A stretch of 64,000 nt of DNA from Thaumarchaeota archaeon UBA223 (GTDB taxonomy: Archaea > Thermoproteota > Nitrososphaeria > Nitrososphaerales > UBA57). The notes below the pieces were generated by a model. It was given only the letters and a program-made list of their open reading frames with translations. It was not told the origin of the DNA and made no database searches. Positions within the stretch are counted from its first letter, which is position 1. Each line of letters begins with the position of its first letter. Positions 59,221 to 64,000 of the stretch are shown piece by piece. The stretch covers positions 21,995 through 85,994 of the forward strand of contig DAHJ01000025.1 of the NCBI GenBank assembly GCA_002495905.1. The letters run 5' to 3'. The translations under genes and the position numbers were made by a program.

Positions 59221-61476
59221 CTAAGTAGATCCTGCCTTTGAGCGTTGGAATAGAACGCCAGCTACTACAATAAGAACTACACCAAGTCCAATAGCTACAT
59301 AAGATACTGGGCTGATTACTTCTTCAGTAGTAACAACTTCGACTTCTTTTTCAACGACTGTTTCTACAGGTACTTCGACTTCAACGACGACTTCTTTTTC
59401 TACTTCAACTTCGACTACGTTTTCAATTTCGACTACTCTTTCGACTTCGACTTCGACTTCTTCAATAATAGTCTCAACATCTGGTAGTACGTCTGGTAGA
59501 CCAAGTGCGACGAGTGAACCCTCAGTTGCAGTGTTTCCATATACGAAACCACCACCACCACCTACGTGGATAAAGATCTTGTGTTTACCGTCAGAGTCTG
59601 CGCCAATTGTTGGCATTACACTAACAGGTACACCGAAGAATCTCTTGTGAACTAGTTCACCAGTGTTTGCATCGAATATGTATAGATTTCCGTCACCGGC
59701 ATATCCATATACAGCTGAACCTGTGGCCATTAATCCACCACGGAAACCTACATCAGGAATGAATGCACTCCAGTCAGCTTCGCCTGTGTTGACGTTAACT
59801 GCATAGATTGTAGTATTAACAGGATGACCGCTTGCTTGGATGTTACTAGCTTGGTTGCCAAAGTCGACAACGTTACCAGTTGTTGTCCAACGTGGATCAT
59901 TGTAATTTGCAACGAATATGTATTTGCCGTTGTAAGCCATATCAGCTTCGAGTGCTCCTGCTAACCATGGATTCCAGAGTGCTGGTGATGGATCAGGTGC
60001 GTTCAACCAATCTTTGTTCATGTGTTCAAATGTCATACGACAACATGCGTCAGGATGGTTTGGATCACCATCAGGTCCAACTCCATAGTTTGTACCAGGT
60101 GCAGTTCTCCAAGTTGTTGGAGCTTCCCATACCCATACAGGTTCACCAGTGGCTGCATTCAATGCATATGCCATTCCGTTCTTACAACCTTTGATTAAGA
60201 CTTTAGTTCCTTGAGCTTTGGCCATTATGCCACCCCATGAACAGTCCCAATCCCATAAGTCGTGAGGATTAGAATGGAACCACCATTGGATTTTACCAGT
60301 ATCTACTTTGAGTGCAACGATAGCACTACCAAAGAGGTTAGGTCCAAATCTGTATGATGCATTACTATAAGGTCCTACATCTCCAGTTCCGATATATACT
60401 AAACCAAGTTCCTCGTCAATTGGGAAATTACCCCAAACTACTGACATTGCGCTAGCAGTGTGGACTTCTCCGAAATGAGGAGTTCCTTCTTTCATGTTAA
60501 TCCAGTCGTTTTCAACTGCTTCGTCTGGAACTTCAGTACAGTTTACTGCAAGTTTTCCAGTGTCAAAGAAGTCAGGTGCAGAGAAGTACCAACCATTGCC
60601 GTTTGCTTCTGTACAAGCGTCAATAGCCCAGTTTTTCTGTGTACCACGATTATCTGGCATTAACCAAGTATTCCATAATTCAACAGGGTTACTTGGATCA
60701 GTCATGTCAAATGCTTTAACAGAAGATCTTCCTCCTCCGCCACTAGCACCCATGATTGGCCAAATCATTGTATTACCGCTAAATGCAGGTGGGTGATTTG
60801 ATTGTCCTGAAATTCTACCTTTGCTTCCTAAAGTTCCGATGATTCCTTCATCAGGATTTCCGTATTCAGCTACGGTACCACAAAGGTCTTCAACTCCAAG
60901 TTTCCATGCCAAGCTACCATCAGCTGCATTCCATCCGCTAAGTAGACAAGGTTGACTACTGGTAATTAACCATCCGCTATCACCAAACTGTCTATAATAG
61001 TTTATTGCGTGAGTATGTCCCCATGCACTTTGGAAGAATGGGTATTCTGCAGTAATAGCAGGTCCATCCCATAAGTTTGCTGGTTCATCTGTAAAGTAAA
61101 CTTCTTCACCTGTTTTTGCATCAACAGCGTGTATTGCACGTGAGTTTTTACCTACATATGCAACACCGTCGACGATAAGAACTGGTGCGCTTGAACCAGC
61201 TTGGGAATTACCCCAAGAGAAGTCATTGGTTGGATAAGGAAACATCCATTTCATTTCCAGCCATTGAGCATTTTCATTATTTATTTCGAATTGTGGGCTA
61301 TAACTACCGCCAGTAGGCTGATAATTAATAAATTCCCAATTACCAGTTACAACTTTTGGTACACCACCACCGCCTGGAGGACCTCCAGGGTCAAATGCAT
61401 TAGCAACTAATGCAAATGAAGATAGTGCCAAAATTAAAGCAACTAGTAACCCAACTATAGTTAAGTGTCGAGTCAT
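59221..61476 (-). CDS. PQQ-dependent dehydrogenase-like beta-propeller (paralog 6) with long Val/Glu linker
   Basis: Signal peptide, NWE, blade repeats, HDLWDWD, (VE)n linker, ISPVSY-TM-basic tail. Confidence 0.9.
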   Translation of the reverse strand: MTRHLTIVGLLVALILALSSFALVANAFDPGGPPGGGGVPKVVTGNWEFINYQPTGGSYSPQFEINNENAQWLEMKWMFPYPTNDFSWGNSQAGSSAPVLIVDGVAYVGKNSRAIHAVDAKTGEEVYFTDEPANLWDGPAITAEYPFFQSAWGHTHAINYYRQFGDSGWLITSSQPCLLSGWNAADGSLAWKLGVEDLCGTVAEYGNPDEGIIGTLGSKGRISGQSNHPPAFSGNTMIWPIMGASGGGGRSSVKAFDMTDPSNPVELWNTWLMPDNRGTQKNWAIDACTEANGNGWYFSAPDFFDTGKLAVNCTEVPDEAVENDWINMKEGTPHFGEVHTASAMSVVWGNFPIDEELGLVYIGTGDVGPYSNASYRFGPNLFGSAIVALKVDTGKIQWWFHSNPHDLWDWDCSWGGIMAKAQGTKVLIKGCKNGMAYALNAATGEPVWVWEAPTTWRTAPGTNYGVGPDGDPNHPDACCRMTFEHMNKDWLNAPDPSPALWNPWLAGALEADMAYNGKYIFVANYNDPRWTTTGNVVDFGNQASNIQASGHPVNTTIYAVNVNTGEADWSAFIPDVGFRGGLMATGSAVYGYAGDGNLYIFDANTGELVHKRFFGVPVSVMPTIGADSDGKHKIFIHVGGGGGFVYGNTATEGSLVALGLPDVLPDVETIIEEVEVEVERVVEIENVVEVEVEKEVVVEVEVPVETVVEKEVEVVTTEEVISPVSYVAIGLGVVLIVVAGVLFQRSKAGST
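59330..59470 (-). repeat. Coding Val/Glu-rich low-complexity repeat
   Basis: ACTTCG/ACTTCA-type tandem units on the plus strand encoding EVEVEVE...VVEVEVEKEVV. Confidence 0.75.
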
Positions 61477-61498
61477 GGCTGCAAATAATCAATTGTCG

Positions 61499-61507
61499 TA
61501 TATAAAA
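61499..61507 (-). promoter_or_regulatory. TATA box of PQQ paralog 6
   Basis: TTTTATATA on the minus strand 23-31 nt upstream of ATG 61476. Confidence 0.55.
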
Positions 61508-61582
61508 TGGTTGTTGTAATAAAAATTTACGCAGTAGAGCATATCATAAAATTAATATTTTATTCATATATGATTATCATTA

Positions 61583-62056
61583 ATGAGTAAATGGACTTTA
61601 CTAGGAATCTTCATTTTAATTTTATTGCCGGGAATAGATGCAACTAGTAAAGAAATTACCTCTATATCGGTAAAAGTTTCCAATACTAATTCACAAAATA
61701 ATGTTGTAGAGATTTCTGCAAATTTACAAAATAATAATGCAGAGCCAATTAGCGAACAGGTATTAGTTTTTTATATAAATGATCAAATATTTGCAAGTAA
61801 AATTACTAATGAAATAGGATCGTCAAATATTCAATTTCAAGCTTTGGATGAATTATACAAAGTGGAGATAAAATTTGAAGGATCGGAACTTTATCATGAA
61901 TCAATAAGTGAAATAGTAATTATTGAAAAAACAAATCAAGAAAACACAAGTGAACAGAACATTCCAAGTGAGTTGTTAATTATAGTATCAATACTTACTC
62001 TAGGAATTGTAGGGTCAGGAATATTATATTATCTAAATAAAATCTCGAAGAATTAA
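61583..62056 (+). CDS. Secreted Ig-like domain protein with C-terminal TM anchor
   Basis: Signal peptide, I.A.L...PI....F.IN...TN..G, F.G...Y..S pattern; C-terminal TM. Confidence 0.65.
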   Translation: MSKWTLLGIFILILLPGIDATSKEITSISVKVSNTNSQNNVVEISANLQNNNAEPISEQVLVFYINDQIFASKITNEIGSSNIQFQALDELYKVEIKFEGSELYHESISEIVIIEKTNQENTSEQNIPSELLIIVSILTLGIVGSGILYYLNKISKN

Positions 62057-62889
62057 GTAGATGCGTCTTGTCTGTTAAAGAGAATAAATGAAATAGCAAC
62101 TGGTACAATAACCCATAAGAGAAGTACAGCAGTAAGAATTCGAGATGCAGTAATTGAACCATAATTCTGTAACAAGTAAGCTGCTTGTGGACCAAGTTCA
62201 CCTCGTAAAGGACTTTCTGCCATATGCATTAATGCAAGTATTCTAGTAGTTTCAACTGGGTTTGCTAAAGTAAGAGGTATCAACAATGAATCAGCATCTA
62301 GCGCTACAGTAATTACACCTAAGAAACCACTATCATAGATTACAACTAAAACGAACCAAAGGAATAAACCTGTACCAATAGCTGCTGCACGAGTTTTTAC
62401 AGAAACTGAAACAATAAATCCCAAACCAACTGCTGCTCCAGCAAGTAATAATGAATATGCTAAAGCGAAAAGGAATGATGCAATAAACTCTGGATTGGTA
62501 GAATAAACAATCAACTCTGCACCTCCATATCCAAGAAACATAGCCAAGGTAAGAGAAGTTACAAGTCCAACATATTTACCAAAGAATACTTCAACTTTGG
62601 TAGCAGGTTGTGCAAGAAGATATTCCATAGTTCCTACTTCTCGTTCGCCCGCTATAGTAGTAGAAGACATAGCTAGAGATACTAAAGGAACAAGTGGTAC
62701 GGCAAGCGTAACAAGAGTTCCGACAACCATGCCCGGATAATCACTAGGTAGTAATCCACCGGCACCCAGAATAATATAAGGTACACCAAGTGCTAGAAAG
62801 AAGAAGGTTACACCAAATGTGATAAGCCATTTGCTTTGGAGTGAATCCTTTAGTTCTTTTCTTAAAATCATAACAAATGGGCTAGTCAT
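62053..62889 (-). CDS. ABC-2 type permease, NosY-like
   Basis: KELKD..., LVPLVSL, IAGEREVGTMEYLLAQP, FFGK, LANPVE..R. Confidence 0.82.
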   Translation of the reverse strand: MTSPFVMILRKELKDSLQSKWLITFGVTFFFLALGVPYIILGAGGLLPSDYPGMVVGTLVTLAVPLVPLVSLAMSSTTIAGEREVGTMEYLLAQPATKVEVFFGKYVGLVTSLTLAMFLGYGGAELIVYSTNPEFIASFLFALAYSLLLAGAAVGLGFIVSVSVKTRAAAIGTGLFLWFVLVVIYDSGFLGVITVALDADSLLIPLTLANPVETTRILALMHMAESPLRGELGPQAAYLLQNYGSITASRILTAVLLLWVIVPVAISFILFNRQDAST

Positions 62890-63812
62890 TAGTTTTCTTC
62901 TCCAGATGTAATTTTCTTAAATGCGTCCTCAAGATTAGGTTCTTCAATTTTGAAATCAGTAATTTCACAACTTTTTTCTCTTAAATTATTAAGAATAGAG
63001 ACTTTTTTAGACGGATCTATTCTCATTTCATACCAATTTCCTTTAACTTGAATATCATTTGCTCCTGCTTTCTCTAGTGCGGAAATTGCATCTTGTTCCT
63101 TTGAGTTATCAGGAATTTCTACAAACATTTGAGATGTCAAATCTAATTGTTTAAACAAATCAGCTACAGATGATTTAATAACTAATTTGCCTTTATTTAG
63201 TAACATAATTTTTTCAGCAATATGATCAACGTCACCCAACAAGTGAGTTGTAAGTACAACAGTTTTACCTTCCTTAACAAGTAAACTAATAAGATTTCGG
63301 AATTCAACCTGACGATTAACATCAAGATTTGCAGTTGGTTCGTCGAGAAGAAGAACAGGAGGGTCAGAAAGTAGTGCAACTGCAAGCATAAGTCTTTGTT
63401 GCATTCCTCCAGATAAAGCACCGACAGGTTGTCGAGCCCATAATTCAAGACCGACGAATTCAAGAAGTTCACGAAGACGCGAACGTTTTACATCACGCAT
63501 ATCTCCAAAATATCTTAATGATTCTTGTACAGTCATATCATTGTATAAGGTTGGATGTTGAGGAACATATCCAATTTGATACTTTGCTTTCTTAGGATCT
63601 TTTTGTATATCATAACCATCAATTTTTATTTGTCCATCAAATTGTTTCAATCCTAAAAGACATTTTAAGAAAGTAGTTTTACCTGCACCATTTGGTCCCA
63701 ATAATGCCCAGACACCACCACGTTCAACTTGAAGTGATAAATCTTCAAGAGCTTTAAAGTCACCATATTGCTTAGTGACATTAACGGCATCTACAATAAT
63801 ATTTGTTGACAT
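62889..63812 (-). CDS. ABC transporter ATP-binding protein (NosF/CcmA-like)
   Basis: GPNGAGKTT, LSGGMQQR, LLLDEPTANLD, TTHLL. Confidence 0.93.
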   Translation of the reverse strand: MSTNIIVDAVNVTKQYGDFKALEDLSLQVERGGVWALLGPNGAGKTTFLKCLLGLKQFDGQIKIDGYDIQKDPKKAKYQIGYVPQHPTLYNDMTVQESLRYFGDMRDVKRSRLRELLEFVGLELWARQPVGALSGGMQQRLMLAVALLSDPPVLLLDEPTANLDVNRQVEFRNLISLLVKEGKTVVLTTHLLGDVDHIAEKIMLLNKGKLVIKSSVADLFKQLDLTSQMFVEIPDNSKEQDAISALEKAGANDIQVKGNWYEMRIDPSKKVSILNNLREKSCEITDFKIEEPNLEDAFKKITSGEEN

Positions 63813-63863
63813 AAATCTCCCCTAAGAATGCAGCAAGGTTGAAACTATTAAGCATTTGGTTTT

Positions 63864-64000
63864 TTAGAAAGTAAATGGTCCTACAGTATCAGCGCGTTTT
63901 TGAATAATATTTAAAGCATCCCTTGGAGAAAGGTTACCAAGTATAACTTGATTTAGTTGATTAAGCATTTCTCCTTCAATAGAATCCCATTTGGGAAATC
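63864..64000 (-). CDS. 3' end of a gene entering from outside the window; resembles the C-terminus of an extracellular solute-binding protein
   Basis: ...FPKWDSIEGEMLNQLNQVILGNLSPRDALNIIQKRADTVGPFTF*; the P.W..I...L..V..G..SP..AL pattern is typical of carbohydrate-binding protein C-termini. Confidence 0.5.
   Translation of the reverse strand, partial: FPKWDSIEGEMLNQLNQVILGNLSPRDALNIIQKRADTVGPFTF

Noticed and set aside
44521..61476. Firm call of xoxF/lanthanide methanol dehydrogenase
   Set aside because: D-x-D also occurs in glucose dehydrogenases; the vicinal disulfide is absent and other ligands vary, so substrate and metal cannot be assigned.
62053..63812. Nitrous oxide reductase (nos) cluster
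   Set aside because: No nosZ, nosD or nosL is visible in the window; only a family-level resemblance of the ABC pair.

Overview
Gene-dense, AT-rich archaeal chromosome segment (TFB, aIF1, aIF1A, aIF2-beta, Topo VI, RIO1, A-type ATP synthase, BHB-intron tRNAs). Gene content suggests Nitrososphaerota (Thaumarchaeota). The array of PQQ-type dehydrogenase genes points, by inference, to the small-genome heterotrophic marine lineage. Positions 1-44 kb are mostly housekeeping: purine and pyrimidine synthesis, a translation/Topo VI cluster, apt-mtnP-ahcY, a dapA-dapB-lysA-dapL operon, four tRNAs (three with introns), an HTH/ATP-cone/inactive NrdD-like fusion next to class II nrdJ, and a fragmented ATP synthase locus. 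Positions 44.5-64 kb hold six membrane-anchored PQQ-type beta-propeller paralogs. All six carry an HxH motif where classical alcohol/methanol dehydrogenases have the vicinal Cys-Cys and Arg, and their metal-ligand positions vary. Four share an ISPxSY-TM C-terminal tail. Two (49143 and 51336) are a mosaic of 100%-identical DNA blocks, and two others (44521 and 59221) share a cUUCGg 3' hairpin. Membrane-tethered cupredoxins and a NosF/NosY-like ABC pair lie nearby. No integrase, transposase, reverse transcriptase or CRISPR array was seen. All family assignments come from motif recognition by eye, not database searches.
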